Source: a virus
Strand: one strand, 5' to 3'
DNA length: 64,000 nucleotides
IMG/VR virus record: IMGVR_UViG_3300042343_000261
Coordinates: 6,988 to 70,987 of that record
In this document: positions 40,434-52,120 of the stretch, piece after piece
Position numbering within the stretch: the stretch's first letter is position 1
Layout: each line of letters starts with the position of its first letter
Translations under genes and position numbers: made by a program
Notes under the pieces: model-generated
What the model was told of the DNA's origin: nothing
What the model saw: the letters and a program-made list of their open reading frames with translations, nothing else
Database searches by the model: none

Positions 40434-42986
40434 TTAAAATTCCACAATTAATTTTTCAACATCTTTACGTTCTGCAAACACAGTATAGAAACAGTTGATA
40501 TTATTTCCACCAACAATTACTGTATTATCTACAATATCTTCAACCCATAAATCTTGTGATTTACCAATAGCAGTTAAGTTTACTGTAATAGTATCTTCAT
40601 GGACCAATTCAGTCCAATAATCTGGTAATTCTATAACATTAGAATCTTTTAATCTACCACGAATATACACACCATTTTCTGGTCCCTCTAAACTACCATA
40701 ACGTAGTTTCATATCTGGTTTAGTTGGATGGTCAATTACGAATGATTTAGTAGTAGCAGCAAATGAACCGTTTACTTGAAGTTTGTAGTTAACAGTTGCC
40801 CCAGTTCCAATACCAACATTACCTGTTGTAGTAATACGCATCCATTCATTTATAGCATATATATTTCCAAATACTATCGGTGCTGCAGATCCACTAGAAA
40901 GTATAGCACCGGATTGTATATAATTAGTACCACTAGTCGCCATTATTCTAAGCATAGAATTAGCATCTTGTATTATTTGGGTAGTATCAGCTGCTGTATA
41001 TACATGTAACTTTGCAGATGGACTAGTTGTTCCAATACCAACATTACCGGCAGAATCAATACGCATACGTTCAGTTGATACACCTGACGAGTTGGAAGTT
41101 ACAAATGCTAATCTGCCAGGCACAACTCCGGTGCTAACAGTGCCATCAACTGAGCCTCTAACATACGCTGCAGTAACAAAGTTAGTAGCATCGTCTCCAA
41201 AAAACCCAATTTCACCTATAGAATCGTTAACAACTACTGCTGCTCGTGTACCAACTGCAGCGCCTCTAGATTTACCAAGAATTAACGCGGGTGGAAATGC
41301 ATTAGCACTCCATCTTGTTGAATTTACATATGAGCTGGAACTAGTACCATGCACTTGCAATCCTGCAACACCGGCCACAGTGTATGCTGTAGAAGTACCA
41401 ATTAGTACGTTACCGCTAGAATCAATACGCATGCGTTCAGAAACGGCTTGTGGCGATACTGTACTATTTCCAGTTCCCCAAGCTATACCGCCTGGATTTC
41501 CGTTACCGTTAAATTGCTGCCATGCCATCCAGGTAGTATCAATTTTTTGCTGCAATCGCGTACCAACTGTAGTCCAATCTGTACCGGCTGCATCTCTAAA
41601 ATGTGAGATATCAAGTAGACCACCGTTACCAGAATATGTACTAAAAAATCTTGCTGCAATCTCTTGACTACCTAGTGTGCCACCTAATGCTGTATTATTT
41701 GCTTGAAAACCAATATTACTAACCCATCTATTTTCAGCAAATGTCCAGTATAATGTCTTATCAGCTGCAGCTTTTATAGTAATACCGGCACCGTTTGCAG
41801 TTACGTCACTATTTCCAGTAGTTGTAATATTAGTAACTGTACCTGCAGTTGGCGTAGTTCCACCGGTTACGGTGTACGTAATACTAGTTGAACTAACAAT
41901 AGTAGCAACGGCAATAGAAGTCGGTGATCCGCCGTATAACGTTCCAGTTCCTGCGGTTGCAGAAATTGATGAACCTGGAATTAATCCAGAAGTAGTTGTC
42001 ATATTTGTGATAGTAGCAGTCCATGGTCCAGTTCCGGTAATAGAACCAACTGTACCAGTAGTACTTATTGTTCCTGATGTAACTGCACCAAGTTCAATAT
42101 TTTTATCATCAATTGATAATGTTGTTGAATTAATGCTAGTTGTAGTACCATTAACTGTTAAGTTTCCAGAAATAACGGTATCACCGGTAACGGTTAACGT
42201 TCCGGTAACAGTTGGACTAACAGACAACACAGCAGACCCGGTTCCAGTAGTACTAGTTGCTCCGCCTACTATCCAACTTTTCGCACCGGTTGATGAAACA
42301 TAATACTGGCTTTGCGGAATATTTACCTGTCCTGGTAACCATTTAAACGAACTGTCGTCACCATTTCTTGCAGCAATACATATCCATCCTGGACCCGGAA
42401 CCCAAGTTGAGTTTTGATAACTTACGACTCTAAACTTTGTTTGGTCCGATGTTGCTGACTGGCCTTCAGTAATTTGATAATAAAGTGCTTCCCATGCAAG
42501 TAACGGAATACCATTAGATGTACAAGTGGTTGTAGTGGTAACATTGCTTGGATTATAATATACAACTGTTCCCGAAATTGGACAACTTATGTCAAAAAAA
42601 CCACTTGCGCTTTCTTCTGGCATTTCAACCGGAATAGCAATAACCCTAGTTGACCACAAAATATTAGTAGTTGTAGTTGTAACAGTACCGCCACCTTGTA
42701 ACGCATATTGTGCAGTAAGATTTTTCCAATCAACTACTAAACTTCCGCTAGCAGTAGCAAACGATGTTGCTTGTAATGTCCCAGTACTTGGAGTATATTT
42801 TAATTTTGATAACGACGTTTTAACTAACGCACCGTTAGTTGGATCTGTAAACAACGGATAACACGACGAAGTAGTTGCATTATCATCAGTAAGAGATAAT
42901 GCATCTTGAAATGCCATTTTGCCTAAATCAGAATTTGTTGGGATTTGGTTGGGTTTAGTGCCAAGCAAATTTAACAATTTAGACAT
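40434..42986 (-). CDS. Tail fibre protein
   Basis: ERMRIDS.GNV.IGT repeats, Thr/Gly/Ser-rich; C-terminal KSFVIDHP...LRYGSLEGPE..VY.RG domain. Confidence 0.8.
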   Translation of the reverse strand: MSKLLNLLGTKPNQIPTNSDLGKMAFQDALSLTDDNATTSSCYPLFTDPTNGALVKTSLSKLKYTPSTGTLQATSFATASGSLVVDWKNLTAQYALQGGGTVTTTTTNILWSTRVIAIPVEMPEESASGFFDISCPISGTVVYYNPSNVTTTTTCTSNGIPLLAWEALYYQITEGQSATSDQTKFRVVSYQNSTWVPGPGWICIAARNGDDSSFKWLPGQVNIPQSQYYVSSTGAKSWIVGGATSTTGTGSAVLSVSPTVTGTLTVTGDTVISGNLTVNGTTTSINSTTLSIDDKNIELGAVTSGTISTTGTVGSITGTGPWTATITNMTTTSGLIPGSSISATAGTGTLYGGSPTSIAVATIVSSTSITYTVTGGTTPTAGTVTNITTTGNSDVTANGAGITIKAAADKTLYWTFAENRWVSNIGFQANNTALGGTLGSQEIAARFFSTYSGNGGLLDISHFRDAAGTDWTTVGTRLQQKIDTTWMAWQQFNGNGNPGGIAWGTGNSTVSPQAVSERMRIDSSGNVLIGTSTAYTVAGVAGLQVHGTSSSSYVNSTRWSANAFPPALILGKSRGAAVGTRAAVVVNDSIGEIGFFGDDATNFVTAAYVRGSVDGTVSTGVVPGRLAFVTSNSSGVSTERMRIDSAGNVGIGTTSPSAKLHVYTAADTTQIIQDANSMLRIMATSGTNYIQSGAILSSGSAAPIVFGNIYAINEWMRITTTGNVGIGTGATVNYKLQVNGSFAATTKSFVIDHPTKPDMKLRYGSLEGPENGVYIRGRLKDSNVIELPDYWTELVHEDTITVNLTAIGKSQDLWVEDIVDNTVIVGGNNINCFYTVFAERKDVEKLIVEF

Positions 42987-43309
42987 TATTCACCCGCCCA
43001 TTTTCTATGTGGAGTAGTTGGAGCATCTATAAGTGGTAACGCTGCTTCTTGCGCTGCAGTTAATTCTGCTTTTGCATTTGCATGCCAACCATCGATTGGT
43101 AACATTTCTGGATATTGTAATCCATCTTCTGAAAGCAACGTTTCTCCAGTTGGTTTGTAAATTAAACCAATAACGTCTAAAATGATATTTGGTACAAACT
43201 GTGTATCACTTTTAGTACCATAAACAGGTTGAATTGATCCTAATCCTAAGTTAATAAATGTTTCTTCTAACTCAGCTTGATCAGTAAATTTTAAATAATA
43301 ATTTTTCAT
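42986..43309 (-). CDS. Small fibre-associated hypothetical protein
   Basis: 107 aa, LDVIG.IY...GWHAN...P.TP.R.W; lies between fibre genes. Confidence 0.55.
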   Translation of the reverse strand: MKNYYLKFTDQAELEETFINLGLGSIQPVYGTKSDTQFVPNIILDVIGLIYKPTGETLLSEDGLQYPEMLPIDGWHANAKAELTAAQEAALPLIDAPTTPHRKWAGE

Positions 43310-43320
43310 GTTGTATTCCT

Positions 43321-45402
43321 TTAAAGTGTAATTGTTTGTAATTCAGTGTTACTTAGCCGTTTTGGATAATAGGCAATTTTTGCAATTTGTCCATTTAGCA
43401 CACCGTAACTAGTTGTTGAATAACCAATTGTTAATCTATGAACAATAGGCGGAACTTGTCCAGCACTATCAGTAATTATATCGTAGTTATTTAACGAATG
43501 CGCAAAATTATCAGTTTTATAACCATACGCAGTTTTATTTACTGAAGTTAGTGATATCGTACCGGAATACATATCTGCATTTGTTATACCACCTGGGCTA
43601 TGTGTTCCGCATGTTACAGAATTTGTGCTAGTTTGAAGTAATTGATAATGGTTGTAGTTCCAGTCATTTAAATAATTTAGTTCAGTAATAGTTGGGTAAT
43701 TTGCAGTTGCAGTAATAGCGTATGGACGACTAAATGACGTTACAATAGTTCCTTCAGATTGTTTATACCAGCTAGAAAAGTTAGTACCTGATATTAATGG
43801 TTGATCTGCGATACGAGTAACTGACGTAGTTGCAATTACTGTATCAGCAACTCTTGACGACGTTCCAGTTAATACATTTGGAATATAACTTGACACCCGA
43901 TATGAATTTTCTTCAAATTGCGCACCCCATGCATACACATAATCAGATGTAGTATTACTTGTTCCTTGGTCTCTTACATATATTCTGCATGCAACACTAG
44001 TTGATGCATTACCGGCTAATGATGTACTAAGCCTAACCCAACCGTTAACAGATGAGATTGCAGAATATGCAAAACAACCGGTAGAATCTATAACTGTATT
44101 AGTATCAAAATTATACGTTAGTACTGATTGGGTAAATGGAGATCCATTATATAAATTTAAAGTAACGACAGGCACACTGCCTCTTTTTACATAAGCTGAC
44201 CAAGTATTTGAAGTACGATTTGCAGTTACAGTTATGGTTTGATGTATAAACCCAGTATTTACAGTACTAGCTAAAGTAGTTTGTATTTTATCAGCAGTTT
44301 GAGAGCCATCAGGTGATATAATTTGATTTGCAGTTACTGAGACATTAGCTCCGCCTGTAGTCCATGCACCGTTAGAAAAATCTTCACTATACGTAGCTGA
44401 ATTTGTACTAGCCGCTTCTGTTAATAATCTAGATCCTAAACTTAAATTATTAGGATTATAATCGTACCGTGCTACTCCAGATGCAGCAGTTGTCATATAT
44501 CCAGTTGATCCAAAATACGTTGCAGTAGACGCTCTTGATGAAAATGTTAAATAATTCGGTATATAACTAGTTGCAAATGAATTAACTTCTACTTGAGCAC
44601 CCCAAACGTAAATACTAGATATGTTATCGCCGGTATAAGTATTAACTAAATCTTTAATTAATCCAATCTGCATATTATTAGTAGTATTCACTGCTGCTTT
44701 AGTAGTAGTAATTGAGCATCTATACCACCCATTTCCTACTGGTGTAATAGTTGATGTTGGTGCAGTATAATCTGCACTTGCTGCATCTGCATTTAATATA
44801 GTACCGGTTTGTAAGTCAAATCTTACACCAGTTGAAGCACTAGCAAAATTGCTCATTCGTATTTCAAATTGAGGTCTAGAAGATGCTACTAATTTAGCAT
44901 ACACTGACGCAGTAACAGTTTCGTTTGATCCGGATCTAGTAAGGTAAATAAAATGGCCAACTGACGCAGTGCTATCTTCAACTAACATATCAGCTGTCCA
45001 AAATCCATCAGGCGCTAATGCAACATTAGGAATAACTCGCAAGTTATAAGTAGTCCACGCGTTAAAGTCTTCACTTATAGTTACTACATTAGTACGCTGT
45101 TCTTCAACTAATAGTCCAAGAGATTCGCCGGTAACTGGATTATGATCAAAACGAGGAATTCCGCTTGCAGCTATTTTTAAAATACCATCAGAGTCATAAT
45201 ATGATCCTATAGATGGTCTAGTAAACGTAATCCTAGGATCAAGCATTTTAGAATTTGCAAAATCTAGGTTTAAAGATGGTTTTATAGATGCACGAGTTAT
45301 GTCTCCTAAATCAGGGACATAATTATCAGCATCTTCATATGCCATTGTTCCTAAATCAGCATTTGTTGGTATTTGATTTGGATTTGTTCCTATTAATCCC
45401 AT
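43321..45402 (-). CDS. Fibre/spike protein with tandem carbohydrate-binding-like domains
   Basis: PSLNLDFAN..LD.RITFTR, PRFDH.P...GLL.EEQRTN, GNGWYRC, WGAQ.E repeats. Confidence 0.75.
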   Translation of the reverse strand: MGLIGTNPNQIPTNADLGTMAYEDADNYVPDLGDITRASIKPSLNLDFANSKMLDPRITFTRPSIGSYYDSDGILKIAASGIPRFDHNPVTGESLGLLVEEQRTNVVTISEDFNAWTTYNLRVIPNVALAPDGFWTADMLVEDSTASVGHFIYLTRSGSNETVTASVYAKLVASSRPQFEIRMSNFASASTGVRFDLQTGTILNADAASADYTAPTSTITPVGNGWYRCSITTTKAAVNTTNNMQIGLIKDLVNTYTGDNISSIYVWGAQVEVNSFATSYIPNYLTFSSRASTATYFGSTGYMTTAASGVARYDYNPNNLSLGSRLLTEAASTNSATYSEDFSNGAWTTGGANVSVTANQIISPDGSQTADKIQTTLASTVNTGFIHQTITVTANRTSNTWSAYVKRGSVPVVTLNLYNGSPFTQSVLTYNFDTNTVIDSTGCFAYSAISSVNGWVRLSTSLAGNASTSVACRIYVRDQGTSNTTSDYVYAWGAQFEENSYRVSSYIPNVLTGTSSRVADTVIATTSVTRIADQPLISGTNFSSWYKQSEGTIVTSFSRPYAITATANYPTITELNYLNDWNYNHYQLLQTSTNSVTCGTHSPGGITNADMYSGTISLTSVNKTAYGYKTDNFAHSLNNYDIITDSAGQVPPIVHRLTIGYSTTSYGVLNGQIAKIAYYPKRLSNTELQTITL

Positions 45403-45412
45403 ATATTTTTCC

Positions 45413-48400
45413 TTATTGTGTTGTTATAGATTGCAATTCAGCATTTGTTAAGCGTTTTGGGTAATATGCTAGTTTGAGTATGTGTAAGTTTTGATTAGAT
45501 CCGATTAACATTCTACTCATACCTTGTCCAACCGCAGCAGACGTATCAGTTTCAACTGTGTTACCAGAAACTGAAAGTGCAATGTCATTAGTTGCGTATG
45601 CAAGTGCGCATGATATTACAGTTTGTGATGTAACAGCAGTTCCATTTAAATCCCATTGAGAAACACTGTTATTATATCCGTACGAATCAATAACTGCACC
45701 GCCGCTACCGCTCACATATCTTAATGAAATAAGTGTAATTGCACCGCCTGCACCCGTATCTACCCATGCCATAGTCGGAACCGATACTGCAGTAGTAGTT
45801 GACATTAATCTTGAAGTTGCATGCAATGTGCCTTCATCTTGTCTGTACCAATTTAAAAAGTTAGTGCCTGTCATTGCAGCAAATTCACCAATTCTAGTAT
45901 ATAACGATGCAGAATACAAATCAGCAGATCGGTTAACAGTACTAGAAGCAGTCTTAATATACGAAGATGCAATTGCTCCGGATTCTACTTGTGCTCCCCA
46001 GATAAACAATCCAGAACCAACGGTTCCGATATAATTGTTTAATCCGCCGCCGGCGTTATCCCAATTTACATAATAAAAACTACCATTTGTATTAGTTTTT
46101 GTAAATGTTGCACAGCATCTATACCATCCATTGCCAACTGCGGTCATAGTTGCCTGTGATGCACCTTGGAATATTGTACCTGCAACTAAATCAAATACAA
46201 TATATGCTTCGGCATTTGCAGTTACTGAAATACAAGTTCGTTCGCCTGCCTTTGCATAAATGCTCGAAGTATATACAGATCCAACTGATACAGTTCCAAT
46301 TGATTGTACAATTAAATGCTGAATAGCTGATCCAGTAACAGTTTCGGTCATTTTATCAGCAGTAGTAGTACCGTCCGGCGCTACTGTTGCATTTGCTGTA
46401 AAACTAACTGCGCTAGTTGTCCAGTATGAAGTATTATCAAATTGTTCACTATAATAAAATAAGTTAGCAGATGAAGTTTCTAACAATAACTTTGGAGCTA
46501 ATTTTAAATTAGCTGGATTATATGTATACCGTGCAGCATTTGCTGATGCATATTTAATTAACCCGGTTGAATCATAATATGACCCAAAACTTGCGCGAGA
46601 TGTAAATGTTTCAGATGACGGAATATAACTTGACATAAATGGAAATGCTTCAAGTTGCGCACCCCATATGTATATACCACTTGTTCCGTTGCCGGTACCT
46701 TGCATTCTACCAATTTGAATTTGATTGTTAGTCATATCAAAACCACTAGAAAATGTTCTAGTTATATAGCACCGATACCACCCATTTCCTACCGGAACTA
46801 CACCGTAATCGTCTGGAGATCCGGCAACATTTGATTTTCCTCCGGTAGATAAATTAGCTTTAAATTGAATATCACTTGCACCATTAGTAAAAATATCAGG
46901 ATAAGTTTCAGTAAATTCAGCAGCTTTAGCATAATATGATAACGTGTAAGTAGTATTTGCAGATAGTCCGCCATATGATGCCAAGTAGCCGTATGGACTA
47001 CCACTATTCAATATGATTTTACTAGCAGTAAATGTGCCGTCTGGAGCAACTGCAGCATTTGGTACTATTGTACAGTTTGCTTTGCCCCACACTGTGTTAT
47101 CAAAAAACGGTTCAGAACATTTTAATAAATTTTGCCGTTGTTCTTCCATTAACAATCCAAGTGATTGTTTAGTAATCGGATCATGATCAAATCTTGGTTG
47201 ATTAGTTGCTACTACTTCAATTAATCCATCTTGATTATAGCGTGTTGCAATACTAGCTCTAGCAAATGTAATTCTTTTATCTAATCTTTTAGTATTAGCA
47301 AAATTTAATAACAACGATGGTCTAACAGATGCTCCGGTATAAGTAAGTCCGGTTGCATCACCTATAAACGCAGCTGCTTTAATTTTTCCGGTTGCTAAAA
47401 TTGACCATGCATTTGTTAACGTGCTATTTGTACCCGCAACGGGTGCTGCAACATATAGATTAGCAGCATCGGTAATTGTTATTGCATTTGTGCTTGCAAA
47501 CGTTGGAGCTGATATCGCGTTAATATAACTACTTGCAACTGTACCAGCTAGACTTGATGTATCTGTGTAAGTACGTGCTTGTAATTTTAAATTAACGCCA
47601 GCTGTTGTCCATGCTGCAGCACTAATTGCAGTAGTTGTTGTAGTTATATTACCGTTAATTATTGTTGATAACACAGACGAATTACCAATTGTAACAGTAT
47701 TTGATCCAGAACCAATTGCATTATAGCCAATTACTGTTTCGTTAGTAACACCTGCTGCGGCTGATGCTCGTGTAGTATGGCCAAGATATGTTGAACTGTT
47801 TATTGATGTTACTTGTGTATTACCGTTTGTTAAATATCTCCCAGCGCCATCTCCAATTGCTAAATTGTATGTTCCAGAAGATACGGCATTTAATGCAGCA
47901 GCACCAATTGCAATAGTTGGCCCAGTAAGTGCAGCTTGTGCTGCACCATTACCAATAGCTATATTGTTATCACTAGTTAAATTAGCCTGAAGACTGCTGA
48001 CACCAATAGCTACATTACTACTACCAGAAGTGTTACTAAACATACTACTGGTACCAGTAGCTACATTATTACTTCCAGTAGTGTTAGCCTGAAGAGCTCG
48101 CTGACCGCTAGCTGTATTGTTTTGGCCAATAGTATTAGCATTTAAACTGTATGAACCAATAGATACGTTTGAATCACCTGAAAACAATGTAGCAGGACCA
48201 ACAAGAAACCCAGATCCAGCGCCACCGATTAACGATGCAGTTGCAGTCATAACAGTGCTAGTATCTTTAAATCCAGAACCATAGGTAACAAATGTACAAG
48301 CAGTCACTGCGCCACCTGATACTGTTATATTTGCAGTTGGATATGTTGTTGCAGCTGATCCAGATACATATGTTAATTGAACATTTGAGTAAGTGCCAGT

Positions 48401-51400
48401 ACCGGTATATCCAGTTCCTCCAGATAATATTGATGATGATTTAGTAACAGTTGTATTGTTATATAACGCATTAAACCCGACTGCAGTGTTATTAGAACCA
48501 GCAGTATTAGTATACATACTAGAATGACCGGCAACTACGTTGTTATTGCCAGTTGTATTAGAAAGAAGACTATTAGCACCAACAGAAATATTATAACCTC
48601 CTTCTGTATTAGAGAAAAGACTTTGATATCCAAGTGCTTGATTATATTGGCCAAGTGTATTAGCATACAAACTTAGTGCCCCAACTGATACGTTATAATT
48701 ACCAGCTGATATACTAGAAACAGGAATAAGGAATCCGGAACCCCCGCCACCAATTAACGATGCAGTTGCAGTCATAACAGTGCTAGTATCTTTAAATCCA
48801 GAACCGTTACTTACTAACGTGCAGGAAGTAACTTGACCACCTGATACTGTTATATTTGCAGTTGGATATGTTGTTGCAGCTGATCCAGACACAGGTGTTA
48901 ATTGAACATTATAATAAGTTCCAGTGCCGGTATATCCAGAGCCACCGGTAATTGTTCCAAAACTACTAACACCAGTTGTATTTTTGTACAGACTTTGAAA
49001 ACCAATTGCAATATTAGAAGCGCCAGTAATATTGCTTTGAAGACTATAAGAACCAATAGCTGTATTATAAATGCCGGTTGTATTTTTTTGAAGACTACTA
49101 TAACCGCTAGCAGTATTGTTACCACCAATTGTATTATTTTGAAGACTACCAAAACCAATAGCAGTGTTAGAACTGCCGGACGAAAACGAGCTAGCTAAAA
49201 TACTAAATCCAGAACCGGTGCCACCAATTGATGCCGAATCAATTGTAAATGCGGTACTTGATACAGTTGAGTAAGCATAGGAACCAGGTGTAACTAATGC
49301 ACATGCACTTACGTTGCCGGTTGCATTAACTGTTATATTTACTATTGGATATGACCCAAACACTGCACCATATAGACCTGATAACGTTACATATTTATAT
49401 GTACCAGGTGTATACCCGGTGCCACCGGTAATTGTACCAAATGCGCCAATACCGGTTGTAGTACTGTACATTGCAAGTGCTCCAATTGCAACATTGCCGG
49501 TACTAGCCGTAGCTGTATACATACTTTGATACCCAATTGCTGTATTATTATTTGCAACTGTATTATTAAATAACGCACTTGCACCTACTGCAGTATTAGA
49601 ACTTCCAATATTAGCATATAAACTTTTATACCCAACAGCTACATTTGAGTCACTAGATGCTACTGACCCAATAGAAATTAGCAATCCGGATCCAGTTCCG
49701 CCAATTGACGCTGAGTCTGCACTCATAACAGTACTAGAATTTTTAAATCCAGTCCCATAGGTAAGTAGTGTACACGATGTAACTGCACCATTTGTTACTG
49801 TTATGTTAGCAGTTGGATATGTAATTGCAGTTGATCCAGAAACATATGTTAACTGAACATTAGTGTACATTAGTGTAGCGGCTGTCGGAGTATACCCAGT
49901 TCCGCCTGCAGATATTGTAATTGAAATTACTCTTGCAGTAGTACTAAAAAGACTTTGAGTACCAACAGCAGTATTCCAATTGCTAGTTGTGTTAGTGGCA
50001 AGTGCAGAATAGCCTACTGCAGTATTAGCACTTCCAGTTGTATTAGAATTAAGTGCCGTATCACCTACTGCAGTGTTGTCTGCAACGCCTCCGGCACCTT
50101 TGCCAACAATGATACTGTTAATGCTCGCATCCCCACCTAATGTTAACACATTAGTAAACGGGTTAAATCTAAAACCAGAAGTAACTACATTTGCAATAGT
50201 TAATAATCCGGTAGTTGCAGAGCTAAATATTGGATAAAATGTAGCATTTGTAGTAGTTGCTGTTACAGTTGCTCCGGGGGTACCGGTACCTAGTTGTCCC
50301 CCTGCACCTATCGTTACATACCCAGATGAACCAACAGCTGGTAATTTAATTGTACCATTTGCAACAATTGTACCTGTACTAGCTCCAATATTAATTGTAG
50401 CAGTTGTAATATTAGTCCATTCATTAATAGTACCAGTTGTTACATCAGATGTTAAATTAACGGTACCTGCAGCAGTACCTGCAATTTTTAATACATTACC
50501 TGTAATTGCACCACCTACTGTAGTAGTTGATAGTGTAGTAGAATTTGTTCCTAATCCAATTGTAGTAGTACTTGTACCGCCAACTGTAACACCTGTTGCA
50601 GATGCTAACACTTGCGCGTTATCTAATACAGTTACATTGTTAATCTTATACGATTTACCTGTAGCAATGTTCCAGTGTTCACTAGATGTCCAATTAGTAT
50701 TAGTAGAATCCCAAATAATTGTTTTATTAGTAGCACCGGTGAGTGTAATACCGCCACCATTTGCAGTTACATCAGTTGCGCCACCAATCGATAATGTTGC
50801 TCCAGGTGCAGAACCTGTACCTGTAAATGCTGCACTTAACGTGATTTGCGTAGCACTATCAATTGATAATACGGTTACACTAGCTGGCAAAGTAACCGTA
50901 CCGGCTCCACTTAATACAGGTGAAACTGCTGATCCGACTATAATGTTAGCAGTACTTGATAATGCAGAAACAACTGCTGATCCTGCAGTAATACTACCAG
51001 TCGGTGTAACTGCTGCCACTGATCCCAATTCTAAGTTTTTATCATCAACCGTAATCGTTGATGAATTTACTGTCGTTGTAAAACCATTAACTGTTAAATT
51101 TCCGCCAATGGTTAAATTAGTACCAACATATAACTGTTTAGCAATAGCCGCACCACCTGCTACTGTTAATGCGCCACCGGTGGTGTTATTAGTTGCGTCT
51201 GTAGTATATGGTAATTTTAACCCACCGTAAATTGTTGTAGCAATTACAGACGAATTACCAATTACAGTAGTGTTATTACCTAACCCAACTGCTGTATACC
51301 CGATTACAGTTTCGTTAGTAACTCCAGAAGCTGCTGATGCTTTTGTATTATAGCCAATATATATTGAGTTGTTAACTTCAATAACAGGAGTAGTTCCGTT

Positions 51401-51706
51401 TGGCATATAGCTGCCTGCAAAATATCCTAAACTAGCATTGTTACTTCCAGTTCTGTTAGCAGAAAGACTACCGTATCCAATACCAGTGTTTGCACTACCA
51501 GTTGTATTACCTTGAAGACTATCATACCCAACAGCGGTATTTTGAACACCGATAGTATTATTTTTAAGTGATAACGCACCAACTGCAGTGTTAAATGAAA
51601 TATTACCTGCACCTCTACCTACAGTAATACCGTTAATCGTAAGATCTTTAGTAAAATAGTATATTTTATGTTGTGCGTCTTTTAACGCTGGTAAATTAGG
51701 ACGCAT
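45413..51706 (-). CDS. Giant tail fibre/adhesin (2097 aa) with beta-helix-like N.A.G..SL..NTTG repeats
   Basis: 14-residue NTAVG..AL..NTTG repeats; GGxGYT insert domains; C-terminal module paralogous to 43321-45402. Confidence 0.8.
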   Translation of the reverse strand: MRPNLPALKDAQHKIYYFTKDLTINGITVGRGAGNISFNTAVGALSLKNNTIGVQNTAVGYDSLQGNTTGSANTGIGYGSLSANRTGSNNASLGYFAGSYMPNGTTPVIEVNNSIYIGYNTKASAASGVTNETVIGYTAVGLGNNTTVIGNSSVIATTIYGGLKLPYTTDATNNTTGGALTVAGGAAIAKQLYVGTNLTIGGNLTVNGFTTTVNSSTITVDDKNLELGSVAAVTPTGSITAGSAVVSALSSTANIIVGSAVSPVLSGAGTVTLPASVTVLSIDSATQITLSAAFTGTGSAPGATLSIGGATDVTANGGGITLTGATNKTIIWDSTNTNWTSSEHWNIATGKSYKINNVTVLDNAQVLASATGVTVGGTSTTTIGLGTNSTTLSTTTVGGAITGNVLKIAGTAAGTVNLTSDVTTGTINEWTNITTATINIGASTGTIVANGTIKLPAVGSSGYVTIGAGGQLGTGTPGATVTATTTNATFYPIFSSATTGLLTIANVVTSGFRFNPFTNVLTLGGDASINSIIVGKGAGGVADNTAVGDTALNSNTTGSANTAVGYSALATNTTSNWNTAVGTQSLFSTTARVISITISAGGTGYTPTAATLMYTNVQLTYVSGSTAITYPTANITVTNGAVTSCTLLTYGTGFKNSSTVMSADSASIGGTGSGLLISIGSVASSDSNVAVGYKSLYANIGSSNTAVGASALFNNTVANNNTAIGYQSMYTATASTGNVAIGALAMYSTTTGIGAFGTITGGTGYTPGTYKYVTLSGLYGAVFGSYPIVNITVNATGNVSACALVTPGSYAYSTVSSTAFTIDSASIGGTGSGFSILASSFSSGSSNTAIGFGSLQNNTIGGNNTASGYSSLQKNTTGIYNTAIGSYSLQSNITGASNIAIGFQSLYKNTTGVSSFGTITGGSGYTGTGTYYNVQLTPVSGSAATTYPTANITVSGGQVTSCTLVSNGSGFKDTSTVMTATASLIGGGGSGFLIPVSSISAGNYNVSVGALSLYANTLGQYNQALGYQSLFSNTEGGYNISVGANSLLSNTTGNNNVVAGHSSMYTNTAGSNNTAVGFNALYNNTTVTKSSSILSGGTGYTGTGTYSNVQLTYVSGSAATTYPTANITVSGGAVTACTFVTYGSGFKDTSTVMTATASLIGGAGSGFLVGPATLFSGDSNVSIGSYSLNANTIGQNNTASGQRALQANTTGSNNVATGTSSMFSNTSGSSNVAIGVSSLQANLTSDNNIAIGNGAAQAALTGPTIAIGAAALNAVSSGTYNLAIGDGAGRYLTNGNTQVTSINSSTYLGHTTRASAAAGVTNETVIGYNAIGSGSNTVTIGNSSVLSTIINGNITTTTTAISAAAWTTAGVNLKLQARTYTDTSSLAGTVASSYINAISAPTFASTNAITITDAANLYVAAPVAGTNSTLTNAWSILATGKIKAAAFIGDATGLTYTGASVRPSLLLNFANTKRLDKRITFARASIATRYNQDGLIEVVATNQPRFDHDPITKQSLGLLMEEQRQNLLKCSEPFFDNTVWGKANCTIVPNAAVAPDGTFTASKIILNSGSPYGYLASYGGLSANTTYTLSYYAKAAEFTETYPDIFTNGASDIQFKANLSTGGKSNVAGSPDDYGVVPVGNGWYRCYITRTFSSGFDMTNNQIQIGRMQGTGNGTSGIYIWGAQLEAFPFMSSYIPSSETFTSRASFGSYYDSTGLIKYASANAARYTYNPANLKLAPKLLLETSSANLFYYSEQFDNTSYWTTSAVSFTANATVAPDGTTTADKMTETVTGSAIQHLIVQSIGTVSVGSVYTSSIYAKAGERTCISVTANAEAYIVFDLVAGTIFQGASQATMTAVGNGWYRCCATFTKTNTNGSFYYVNWDNAGGGLNNYIGTVGSGLFIWGAQVESGAIASSYIKTASSTVNRSADLYSASLYTRIGEFAAMTGTNFLNWYRQDEGTLHATSRLMSTTTAVSVPTMAWVDTGAGGAITLISLRYVSGSGGAVIDSYGYNNSVSQWDLNGTAVTSQTVISCALAYATNDIALSVSGNTVETDTSAAVGQGMSRMLIGSNQNLHILKLAYYPKRLTNAELQSITTQ

Positions 51707-52119
51707 TAGTAATCCATCCCACGCGCATATACTTGTATATTAGCGGCTACACCGGTTGCAACGTATAATTTTTCAGTAGCTTTTAACCTTAGTGGATAAT
51801 CTTCTGTATAATTTGTAAAAGTTGATATTGTTATGCCGGCAGTAGTACTTAATGTTTGCGCTGGCATTGTAATAGAATCAATTAATTTTAATGCAGTTGT
51901 ATCAGACCCTGTAGTTGTAAACAAATAAAGGGCAGTTGCAGTTACGGTAGCACGAGGAATTGCAGTAATTGAAGTTATTGCCGACCCTTCTAATCCTGCT
52001 GTGAAAAGTAATACTGCAGTCGAGACTGAATCACCTGAGACTGCAGAGGTTGCTGCTGTTATGTTGCAATTTGAATTGTTTACCGCTTGTACAAACGGTG
52101 CTGTGAATGTTTTTGCCAT
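51706..52119 (-). CDS. Small structural hypothetical protein
   Basis: 137 aa, Thr/Ala-rich, coupled to fibre genes. Confidence 0.55.
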   Translation of the reverse strand: MAKTFTAPFVQAVNNSNCNITAATSAVSGDSVSTAVLLFTAGLEGSAITSITAIPRATVTATALYLFTTTGSDTTALKLIDSITMPAQTLSTTAGITISTFTNYTEDYPLRLKATEKLYVATGVAANIQVYARGMDY

Positions 52120-52120
52120 G

